A stretch of DNA of 64,000 bases, taken from positions 252,067 through 316,066 of the IMG/VR virus record IMGVR_UViG_3300022719_000283; one strand, given 5' to 3'. This stretch comes from a virus. Its lineage: Duplodnaviria > Heunggongvirae > Uroviricota > Caudoviricetes. The position numbers were made by a program, and so were the translations under genes. The notes beneath the pieces are model-generated. The model was not told the DNA's origin. It did not search any database and saw only the letters and a list, made by a program, of their open reading frames with translations. Shown piece by piece: positions 18,510 to 26,611 of the stretch (its first letter is position 1; every line of letters begins with the position of its first letter).

Positions 18510-20717
18510 TTAGACCTCGAACCCTCCGAAGAAAATGCCGTCTAGCATCTGGTGTTGGAGATCTTCCGTCTCCACATCATCGAGAGAGGGGTTATGGAGA
18601 CCAAACTCGTTGGCCTCGTGCATGGCCTGTTCCCCAACGGAGAATAGGGCCGCCGTATCCTCTTGATCCGTGCGACCATGGCTCGCCAAGTTAAGGCGTT
18701 GGAACTCGTTTTTGACCTCTGGACTCAACTCGTCGATGAGTTCCTTGTTGTACTTCTGACAGACATTGTCCGCGTTCTTGAAGACGCAAGAAGCACAGCG
18801 ATCCATCGCCATGACGAACTTGAGTTGGTTCGCGCGATGTTTCAGGGCCCCTTTTTCGCAGCCTTCTGCCCCGGTGGGGCTCGCGTAGACCGCGGCCTCC
18901 ACGTACAGGTGGCCTGAAACACCTTCGTGCTCATCTCGAACCTGCGCGATCTTCTGCTGACCTGCCTTGGCAACGCGCTTGTCGAGGCGCAGTTGAATCA
19001 GTTGATCTAGCTCGGATCCCGCGACTCCTTCCGTCATTTGCTGACGTACCCAGCGAGATGCCTTCTGGATCTCCTTCTCAGGGATTTGGATTTCCGGGCT
19101 CGAGGCAACGTGCCGCGTGAACTTGGCATCGCTGTAGGTACGGGTATCCGGAGTCTTGGGGTTCAGCGCTCCCGTCTTCTTTAGGAGAGGGTTGAGCATG
19201 GGCGAAGCGACGACGGCCTCCTGGGCCGTGAGCGTCTCCCGGATGAAACTGGCCAACTTCTTGCCCTTGAGACCCCCATTGATCTGGGCCTCAATGAGTC
19301 GAACCTTCTGCTTGATCTGGTCCCGAGCGATGCGTTCCCGGACCGCTTTGTGGCTCGCCTCCCACTTGAGCTCTGCCTTTCGGAGCTCTTCCCAGGCGGC
19401 TTTCCTGGAGATGGTCTCTCCCTGGATGACCGGAGCCGCCCCCTGATAGGTGCCCTTCTTGACCGTCAGAGCGATCTTGGCGGCAGCCTTCAAGATGTCC
19501 TTGGGAGGGGCCTTTGAGGACAGAAGCTTCTCCGCCTCTTCGGGAGTTACAAGCTGTGTCTGCACCATCATGCCGACACGCTTGATGGCTTTCTCGGCAT
19601 CCTTCTTGTTGTGCCGCTCGTGCATGTCAAGGACGACACGGTGGGGGATCTTGAATTCGACGAGGGCTTTCTTAGCCTCAGCGGCGGTCACCAGATCGAC
19701 CGGCATCGTGTGCCGGACCTTTGTTGTCTCGATGTCAAGACGAGGACTTTGGCTTTCCCCCAAGAGCCACGTACGCAGGTACTCGCGCGGATTTGCCTTG
19801 CTGGCTTTTTTGGGAGCCTTTCGGGACGCCTTGAGGTTTGGAGTACGCCTTTCGAGCTCTCGTGCCCACGCGATTTCGTTTGGATGGGCGACGAGTTCGA
19901 GATTTAAAGCAGTTGCACATGACTGGCAGTTCTCCCCTTCCTCCGCGATGAGATAGCGACACCCGTTGGCAGCACGCTTGAGCTCCTTGGCCCATTTACC
20001 ATGCTCGAGACGTGGGTAGGCAGACGCTCGAACGTACACATTTCCGACCAGGCCGTGTTCCGCTTCGATGGCCTGAACCGCCTTGGCGATCTTCTTGGCT
20101 GCCTTGGGACCCAAGGCGTCGATGAGCTCTTGCTTGATCTGGCTCATCGGCTTGCCAGCAGCCGACCGGCGCATGGCCATACGAACGAGCTTGGCCAGCT
20201 TGTCCCGGTGAAGAGGATCGTCGTCTTCCTCATGCTGCATCGCATCCTCATAGGTTAGCGACGAACGGTCGTAGAGATCGACGCGGGTCAGACCGTCGGT
20301 ACGATCTCCCCATGCTTCTTGAAGCTCGGGGATCCCGTTATCGACCGGCTTGTCCGGAAGGCGGCCGGGATCCTGAAAGGTATCTGAGAGCCACGAGTGG
20401 TCGACGATCCCCACGTCGCTGCGATCAACATCGGGAGCGAGTTTGGCCACAATGCCCAGCCCCTCAAGGTCCATCGCTCCTTCTTCGTCTTGGTGCTCCA
20501 CGTCGAAAAGCTCGTCGTCGAAGTCACCGGCGACCATGAGACCATCGGGGAGTTGAGACATACCGGAAGTGGCCGGCTGCGGCACAGGTTGCGAGGGCGG
20601 GTTCTCCTTGAGACCGTGCTCGTACTCCATGTCGTGCCAGAAGCCATCCATCATGTAGTTCGAGCCCCAGTTTTCGTTGAGCTCGCTCGGCAGTTTCGAT
20701 TCAGAATTCTTGGACAT
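18510..20717 (-). CDS. Large hypothetical virion protein with Cys clusters
   Basis: 735 aa; acidic N-terminus; CQSC and CASC...VCQKY clusters; repeated helical modules. Confidence 0.6.
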   Translation of the reverse strand: MSKNSESKLPSELNENWGSNYMMDGFWHDMEYEHGLKENPPSQPVPQPATSGMSQLPDGLMVAGDFDDELFDVEHQDEEGAMDLEGLGIVAKLAPDVDRSDVGIVDHSWLSDTFQDPGRLPDKPVDNGIPELQEAWGDRTDGLTRVDLYDRSSLTYEDAMQHEEDDDPLHRDKLAKLVRMAMRRSAAGKPMSQIKQELIDALGPKAAKKIAKAVQAIEAEHGLVGNVYVRASAYPRLEHGKWAKELKRAANGCRYLIAEEGENCQSCATALNLELVAHPNEIAWARELERRTPNLKASRKAPKKASKANPREYLRTWLLGESQSPRLDIETTKVRHTMPVDLVTAAEAKKALVEFKIPHRVVLDMHERHNKKDAEKAIKRVGMMVQTQLVTPEEAEKLLSSKAPPKDILKAAAKIALTVKKGTYQGAAPVIQGETISRKAAWEELRKAELKWEASHKAVRERIARDQIKQKVRLIEAQINGGLKGKKLASFIRETLTAQEAVVASPMLNPLLKKTGALNPKTPDTRTYSDAKFTRHVASSPEIQIPEKEIQKASRWVRQQMTEGVAGSELDQLIQLRLDKRVAKAGQQKIAQVRDEHEGVSGHLYVEAAVYASPTGAEGCEKGALKHRANQLKFVMAMDRCASCVFKNADNVCQKYNKELIDELSPEVKNEFQRLNLASHGRTDQEDTAALFSVGEQAMHEANEFGLHNPSLDDVETEDLQHQMLDGIFFGGFEV

Positions 20718-21658
20718 CAGTGTCCTCCCTCGATGGTCTCAAGCTTGTCGTAGTACTTTGGATCTTCCGTCAGATGGTCCATGGCGATCTCTTCCGCTTT
20801 GGCGGAGTCATCGGTATGCTCCATCTCGACCTTGATGCCCTTCTTGAGCTGTTCAGGATCGAAATCGGAAGGGTTGCGCTTGTCGGCAAGCCCGCCTGGG
20901 AGTTGGTCCTTGTGTTGAGCCGCCCATTTTTGGGCGATACGGGAAACTGCGAGCTCAAGCCGAATGTCCCGGGCAGTTCTCACCGAAGCCTGCTTCTGCA
21001 TGCTCACAGGAACGGTAGTTTCAACCTCGGTTTCATCGCCCCACGAGTCCCAATCATCAGGGTCTACTCGCTCAAGATCCTCCTTCGGGTTCTTCTGGTC
21101 GAACTCTTCACGCATTTCCTGCTCAGCCCATTGCTGGGGATCGTCGCGGATCTGTTGGACATCTCCCATGAGCTGCTTGATTTGGTCCTTGTCACTGTCC
21201 TCTTCCTGGCGTGACAAGGCTGACCAATGAGGAGCGTTGATCTCGTCGTACAGCGTGTCGGCCAGGGCACTGAGAGCTTCCACGCAGTTCATGTACTGCT
21301 TACGCATGTCCGCGATCTTCTGGATGTACCCGCGACCACCCATCGCACCATCCGGAGAAACTCGAGCTGACTTGATCTTGGCGAAGCGGTTGTAGCCACT
21401 TAGGGTGTGCCCCAGAGCAGCCAAGGTTGCACGAAGGATCTTCGCCAACGGCTTTTGATTTCTGGGGCTGTAGTTGAAGTCGTTCGGAATTTCACGTTGT
21501 GACGGGGGGACGTTGTTGTAGGCCCACGACCCCGTGTCGTCTCCACGGTCTTTCTTGAAAACAACCTCTCCGGCCGTCTTCAGCCGTCCCTGCCGGGCCA
21601 TGTAGAGCGCCGCGACGCGCTTTGGATCTGGGGTGGTCACAGTGAAACGTCCTGCCAA
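20717..21658 (-). CDS. Hypothetical virion protein with a C-terminal DUF5661-like domain (true start may be GTG 21640)
   Basis: C-terminus LPGGLADK...KGIKVEMEHTDD...EIAMDHLTEDPKYY (family recalled, not searched); tags RVAALY, KTAG, KQAS and RIAQKW. Confidence 0.65.
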   Translation of the reverse strand: MAGRFTVTTPDPKRVAALYMARQGRLKTAGEVVFKKDRGDDTGSWAYNNVPPSQREIPNDFNYSPRNQKPLAKILRATLAALGHTLSGYNRFAKIKSARVSPDGAMGGRGYIQKIADMRKQYMNCVEALSALADTLYDEINAPHWSALSRQEEDSDKDQIKQLMGDVQQIRDDPQQWAEQEMREEFDQKNPKEDLERVDPDDWDSWGDETEVETTVPVSMQKQASVRTARDIRLELAVSRIAQKWAAQHKDQLPGGLADKRNPSDFDPEQLKKGIKVEMEHTDDSAKAEEIAMDHLTEDPKYYDKLETIEGGH

Positions 21659-21668
21659 AGGTGGGCCT

Positions 21669-21683
21669 ATAAAGCGAAAACCA
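21669..21683 (-). promoter_or_regulatory. Candidate late promoter motif (TGGTTTTCGCTTTAT)
   Basis: Variant of the recurring 15-mer, 29 nt upstream of GTG 21640. Confidence 0.45.
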
Positions 21684-21723
21684 CCGATCCGGCCCGTATC
21701 GGGGAAGCGCTCAGCGCGCTGGC

Positions 21724-22293
21724 CTATACCCGAAGAGGCTCGCCCGTATCGTCGAACAATCGCGAGAGGACGTATTCACCGTTTTCGGTCGTTTCGAAGC
21801 TCCAGAGGTCCTTGGTGGCCTTGTGGACGAGCTCGTTATCGTCGTTGCCCCATCGCAGGAAACCCGTGAGATCTCCAAGGTTTGCGACTCGACGCGCGAA
21901 GTTCGAGGCAACTTTCGTGTTGCTTGAAGCACGGCGCAGATATTCGGGGTCCACCTGGAGAAACTGACCGTTGTCGAATTTCACGAACACCAGGCCCTGA
22001 AGACTCGTCTGGTCGCCCTCTGCGGTGCGCACCATGACCACAGTTCCTTCGGCCCCATCTGCGGGAGGGTCCGCCCATTGCAGTACACTGCCAATGTTCG
22101 TCACGAAGGAAACGCGGGTTCCTGCATCAACGGGAAGCCCCAAAGCATTGGCGGCTCGACCCTGGTCGGTGAGAGACCGAAGTCCTGCGTTCGCGAGAGT
22201 CTGCTCCCGATCCTGCAAGTACAGGTCGAGAGAAGATGCTTGTTTAGCCCCGAGAGTGAGGCCGTCGTAGAGTTCGTCATCGTCATGTGCCAT
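21724..22293 (-). CDS. Hypothetical virion protein with an SH3-like domain
   Basis: 189 aa with RBS; GTRVSF...GTVVMV...VFVKFDNG; KQAS, KVAS and RRVA tags. Confidence 0.6.
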   Translation of the reverse strand: MAHDDDELYDGLTLGAKQASSLDLYLQDREQTLANAGLRSLTDQGRAANALGLPVDAGTRVSFVTNIGSVLQWADPPADGAEGTVVMVRTAEGDQTSLQGLVFVKFDNGQFLQVDPEYLRRASSNTKVASNFARRVANLGDLTGFLRWGNDDNELVHKATKDLWSFETTENGEYVLSRLFDDTGEPLRV

Positions 22294-22303
22294 CGTAGAT
22301 CTC

Positions 22304-23911
22304 CTAGATGTCCCTCTTGACCACGAAGTTGATGGTCAAGACCTGCGGGGCTCCGAAAGCGATGTCGAACCCGGCCGTGGTCTTTGCCGCGCTCGGCACC
22401 GAAGGGATGTCAGTGATTGCTGCTGGAGGGCCTTCCGGCTCGAGCAACACCGTGTATGCAGTGTCGGGTTGAGGCTCGTCGAACGGCACCGTAACTACCG
22501 GAACCGCGGCGAAAGCGGAAGACCCGTAAAACGTCGTCTCGGCCAGCGTGCCTGTGCCAGCCCCCACCAGGGCTCCTCGCGTGCAGTTACTAAGCACCAT
22601 GGCAGGCGCAACACCACCTACGGTCATGGGCCCAAAGGAACAGCGACGAGCTGTGAAGCTCTGAGCCGGGGCATCCCCCGAATAGACGGTGGTGCCAAGG
22701 ACAGTGCAGTCCGACATGGCCAGGCTTCCCACGCCTACATAGCCCGCAGCCAGGCCCGTGCCTCCTACGGAGACGTTGCTCATCTGATAGGAGGAAGTGG
22801 CGATAGACGGCAGATTGGGATTGGTGTCATCGTAGTCGAGAACAACACCTTGAGCCTCCACACCAATGAGGTTACAGGAAGCGCAGTCAATCACGCTGAA
22901 AGTGGTTCCCGTAGCTGCCTCGGTCCAATTTCCCCCTTCCACATAGAGGTTGTTGATCGCTGCTGCACGCAAGGTGAAACCCGATGCAACTGTCGGGACC
23001 AGATCGCAGTTGAGAATTTGGATGAGATCATCGCCCACCGTAGATCCAGGTCCGGAAGCTGTGCCGCCTGTCAAGGTGGCCCCGGAAGGCATGATGACCA
23101 AAGGAACTGTGCTCGAAATGGTGATGGCGTTACCGGCAACCCCGTCATCGAAAGCCCGAATGGTCACCACGGTTCCACTTGCTGTGGCAATCACCACAGT
23201 GTTGATACCGTTCACCGGATCGTTGATCGCGTCAGCCAGATTGGCCGCCGTCTCGGTTTCGTTGGTTCCGAGCTCGAACTCCCCCGGTGCTGGCACTGAG
23301 CCATTGGCGATGGCCGTGAAAGTGGTTCCATCAACATCCGCAACGTCGCCGACATTGGGAACCGAAACGATGGTGAACGTACCACTGGCAAAGGTGGCGC
23401 TCGAAATGTCGATGCAGGCTTCCGTCGCAGTCACATTCTCAATTCGCATCGTCAGGATCATGATGCGACGTGGGGTGTCGGAAACGCCCGCCCGGATCCG
23501 GAGGGTACTGGTCGCGGAAGCATTTCGCAGACGACAGGTTCCAAGGCCATGAAGCGTGACCCCATCTTTGAGGAAATAGACGTCCTCGACGTAAAGCCCT
23601 GGGGCTACGAAAACAGTCCAGGGGTTGTCCACATCCGCCCCTGTGGGCACCGCATCCAACCCGCCCTGGATGGTCGTGATGGGGTCTCCATTGGCGTCCT
23701 TGCTAGCGCCCACTCCAGTCTGTGAGACGACGATGGTGTTGTTGAACTGCTGAAGGCCAGCGAGCTCAGCCAGGTTGATGCCACCAGGTACGCGGGTATC
23801 GGTGAAACGCAGAGACCCGTCGTTCTCATCGGCACCGATAAGACGGGGGCCCGCCGGGGCATCGGCGTTTTCGACTTCGTATTCGTCGCTTCTGAATGGC
23901 GGCTGGGGCAT
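22304..23911 (-). CDS. Fibre/appendage-like structural protein with pectin-lyase-like beta-helix features
   Basis: TTIQGGLDAV...VFVAPGLYVEDV is a typical beta-helix start; small C-terminal beta domain (DTAYTV...KTTAGFDI). Confidence 0.55.
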   Translation of the reverse strand: MPQPPFRSDEYEVENADAPAGPRLIGADENDGSLRFTDTRVPGGINLAELAGLQQFNNTIVVSQTGVGASKDANGDPITTIQGGLDAVPTGADVDNPWTVFVAPGLYVEDVYFLKDGVTLHGLGTCRLRNASATSTLRIRAGVSDTPRRIMILTMRIENVTATEACIDISSATFASGTFTIVSVPNVGDVADVDGTTFTAIANGSVPAPGEFELGTNETETAANLADAINDPVNGINTVVIATASGTVVTIRAFDDGVAGNAITISSTVPLVIMPSGATLTGGTASGPGSTVGDDLIQILNCDLVPTVASGFTLRAAAINNLYVEGGNWTEAATGTTFSVIDCASCNLIGVEAQGVVLDYDDTNPNLPSIATSSYQMSNVSVGGTGLAAGYVGVGSLAMSDCTVLGTTVYSGDAPAQSFTARRCSFGPMTVGGVAPAMVLSNCTRGALVGAGTGTLAETTFYGSSAFAAVPVVTVPFDEPQPDTAYTVLLEPEGPPAAITDIPSVPSAAKTTAGFDIAFGAPQVLTINFVVKRDI

Positions 23912-23920
23912 GTTCTACTC

Positions 23921-24364
23921 CTAGACGAAAACGTCGTACTGAACCGTTCCGGTGTACGTGACGTTGAGCTCGATATCGAAGCCGGTGGTGGTCTTGTTCA
24001 CGATCCTCCAGTCGATAAAATCCTCGAGCGTCACGTATACACGATAATCCGTGTTCGCGAAGGGAGTCGCAAACACGATCGACTGAGACGTCTCATCGGT
24101 GAAAGTCAAGGTTCCGTTGACTGCGCTCGACTGTGCCAAGATATTCTCCACCTCTGCCTTCGCGGCGTTGATTTCGTCGAGCACCTCCCCGGGAAGCTGG
24201 AGCATGGAATTGCAGAGGAGGCCGGTCGGCGACTTGATGTCCTGCACTCCGCAGGTACCGTCCTGATTGACGACGATCGTGAACATCCAAGAGGGCGTGC
24301 ACGGATCGCTGACACGCACCATGTACGTGAAACAGGTTTCGATGCGAGTGCGAACTGCCGCCAT
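23921..24364 (-). CDS. Structural protein sharing a C-terminal beta domain with the upstream gene
   Basis: Likely start MAAVRTR at 24364; C-terminus PFANTDYRVYV...NKTTTGFDI. Confidence 0.55.
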   Translation of the reverse strand: MAAVRTRIETCFTYMVRVSDPCTPSWMFTIVVNQDGTCGVQDIKSPTGLLCNSMLQLPGEVLDEINAAKAEVENILAQSSAVNGTLTFTDETSQSIVFATPFANTDYRVYVTLEDFIDWRIVNKTTTGFDIELNVTYTGTVQYDVFV

Positions 24365-24368
24365 GCGG

Positions 24369-24674
24369 TCACCAAATCCAGTTCGTCTCCAGTCCGCGTT
24401 TTGCGAACCACCGTTCAAGTGTCTTCAGGGACTTTTGATCCGAAGACCAAACGTAGAACCCCTCGAAGTCCTCCTTCACACCCAGATCGGGGATCGGCTC
24501 GACGCTTCCCAGCTTGAGTTTGCCGTCGCGGAAGGAACGAAGAACCGAAGGGTAGTCTTTGGCCAAGGGATTGAAGACCCTGAACCGATACTCGGGCTTC
24601 GCCTTCTTGAGCAGCCATTGACGAGCCACTGACTTGCTCATCACGACTCGGCGTGCAGAAGGTTTCGTAGACAT
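24369..24674 (-). CDS. Hypothetical protein
   Basis: ATG 24674 with an AGGAG RBS; SVARQWL tag. Confidence 0.6.
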   Translation of the reverse strand: MSTKPSARRVVMSKSVARQWLLKKAKPEYRFRVFNPLAKDYPSVLRSFRDGKLKLGSVEPIPDLGVKEDFEGFYVWSSDQKSLKTLERWFAKRGLETNWIW

Positions 24675-24700
24675 AACACTCCTAGATGGTGGGTTGCGAT

Positions 24701-25411
24701 TTACCCCTCGTTGCACTCACTCAGGTCGATGGTGACCGCAGGAACCGACACCATGCCGTCGGGGTCGGCGATCTCTTCGGCCACGGGCTTGATCATTCCG
24801 CTCACGTAGTGAACGGCACCCAAGGCAGCCGTCCCCTTCTTGCAATTCGCATCTTTGAGCTTCGTGGCGTAGTGGAGGACCGCAGCGACGGTGATGCCAG
24901 CAATCGCCTCCACGAGCACCGCAGCGTCTTCGTTGCCTTTGAGCGAGCTGCTCTCGGGGCCCTCGACCGCAGCTTCCTCGGCTTCCTCGGCTTCCTCGGC
25001 TTCCTCGGCTTCCTCTTCTCCCTCGACCGGGGCCACATACCCGGCAACACGGCTTTCGTGCACGTAGGGCACCATGGCGCTTTCACCCCCCTCACGAAAC
25101 ATCAGGCATTCCGAAACGTCGATATCGACGGCAGGAACAACGATCTTATCCGCCAGCCGTCCTGCCAGAATCTGGTTGGCAGCATCGAACCCGGAAATCA
25201 GGGATTCGGCCGCAACGCACCCTTCGAAGTGTTTGGCTTCGAGGGCCTCGTTCCGGCCGATCATGGCAGCCGTCTCACCGCCCGCCAGGGCCACCTGGAT
25301 CAGAGGAAAGTAGTCTTCGGGGTTCGCAGTACCTTTGCGGGGCTTGCACCCGCCCAGAGCCAGAGGAAGAAGTAGAGCCGCAAAAACCGTGAATTTGCCG
25401 ATGTGGGACAT
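24701..25411 (-). CDS. Predicted lipoprotein
   Basis: Signal peptide with lipobox LGG|C; internal 9-bp repeat GCTTCCTCG (about 5 copies, 24972-25016) encoding EEA repeats. Confidence 0.7.
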   Translation of the reverse strand: MSHIGKFTVFAALLLPLALGGCKPRKGTANPEDYFPLIQVALAGGETAAMIGRNEALEAKHFEGCVAAESLISGFDAANQILAGRLADKIVVPAVDIDVSECLMFREGGESAMVPYVHESRVAGYVAPVEGEEEAEEAEEAEEAEEAAVEGPESSSLKGNEDAAVLVEAIAGITVAAVLHYATKLKDANCKKGTAALGAVHYVSGMIKPVAEEIADPDGMVSVPAVTIDLSECNEG

Positions 25412-25437
25412 GAATCGCCTCCTACCAGCGTGCCTGG

Positions 25438-25452
25438 ATAGGAGGAAAACCG
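25438..25452 (-). promoter_or_regulatory. Candidate late promoter motif (CGGTTTTCCTCCTAT)
   Basis: 27 nt upstream of ATG 25411, at the boundary between the replication and structural modules. Confidence 0.55.
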
Positions 25453-25455
25453 GCC

Positions 25456-26070
25456 CTAATCGATGACGTAGTGGACCTTCTCGTCCCAGGAAGGGCGGTC
25501 CACCTCGCGCTTGATGTTCAGGTTTTTTGCGATCGCCTCGAAGATTTGGGCAATTTTCGCCATCTTGGGGCTCTCGGACTCAAGGATGCGTTTGGTCGAG
25601 CGCATGAAACGATGACGGACCTTGCCTTGGGTGACGCCGAGCCGCTTGGCCACCGCGCTTTGGCAGGTGGTCTCGTACATCAGCAGCATGATTTTGACAT
25701 CCTCCGGATCCGAGAGGAACCCGACAAGAATATGCTCGAGGTCTTCGACGGTCACGTCAGGGAGCGACAACACAAACCGAATACGAGATGTAGCCCGCTG
25801 GAGCCGGTAGCAGACGGTCGGTTGCGAGACCTTGAAAATCTCCGCGATGTCCGTCTGCGTCTTGTGGTTGAAAAAGTAGAGTTCTACGAAGTCAGCTTCG
25901 CGCGGAGGCAGCTCCGTCATGACTTCCCGAACTCGCTCAAGGTTGCGCGCAGACTCATCGCTGGGCTCCTCTGCGAGTACCTGCATCAGGAACTCCATGT
26001 TATCTGCCACGCTGACTCGACTCTCGAGCTCAGCAGGATCTACGGTTCGGCAATCGGCCCAGTTTCTCAT
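25456..26070 (-). CDS. Sigma-70 region-4-type transcription factor with two HTH modules
   Basis: LPPREADFVELYFF..KTQTDIAEIFKVSQPTVCYRL and CQSAVAKRLGVTQGKVRHRF. Confidence 0.8.
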   Translation of the reverse strand: MRNWADCRTVDPAELESRVSVADNMEFLMQVLAEEPSDESARNLERVREVMTELPPREADFVELYFFNHKTQTDIAEIFKVSQPTVCYRLQRATSRIRFVLSLPDVTVEDLEHILVGFLSDPEDVKIMLLMYETTCQSAVAKRLGVTQGKVRHRFMRSTKRILESESPKMAKIAQIFEAIAKNLNIKREVDRPSWDEKVHYVID

Positions 26071-26074
26071 TTGT

Positions 26075-26611
26075 TCACGCGGTCATCGTCTCCAAAAAGA
26101 CCTTCGGAATCTTGGAAAGCACCTTGAGGGATCGCAGCTCAAAGCGGACAACCGCGTGGTCGCCCTCAGTATCCATTACTACACCTTCAAGGTTACTGTA
26201 AACTCCGTCCGTTACCAGGACAGTCATGCCCGGAATGATGTCGGCAGCAACCTCTTCAGTAAGACGCCTGCGAAGATCGCAAACTTGGGAATCATGTATG
26301 GTCTCGAGTCTTCGAATTCCGCGTCCACCCCGCGACGACATCACCTGTTCGACGATTTTCGAGTTCTCAAGCCTGAAGTAGAAAACCTCGTCCAGTCCAG
26401 TAGCAATGAAGGCGTACCCCTCCATGAGATGCACCGTGACGCGCTTCCCGTTTTTCTCGTAAACTCGCGCTGGAATGAAGACAGGCCAATTATCTTCGAC
26501 GTCGAGCTCCTTACGAAGCTCGGCGGCGAGGGTCCCTTCATCGACCATCTTCTCGCCATGTCGGGTTAGCTCAAGAGCTACCCACGTCGTCCCGTCGCGC
26601 CGGTCTGCCAC
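26075..26611 (-). CDS. NusG/RfaH-family transcription elongation factor
   Basis: NGN motifs (WVALEL...VFIP...LMEGYAFI) plus C-terminal KOW (PGMTVLVTDGVYSNLEGVV). Confidence 0.85.
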   Translation of the reverse strand: MADRRDGTTWVALELTRHGEKMVDEGTLAAELRKELDVEDNWPVFIPARVYEKNGKRVTVHLMEGYAFIATGLDEVFYFRLENSKIVEQVMSSRGGRGIRRLETIHDSQVCDLRRRLTEEVAADIIPGMTVLVTDGVYSNLEGVVMDTEGDHAVVRFELRSLKVLSKIPKVFLETMTA

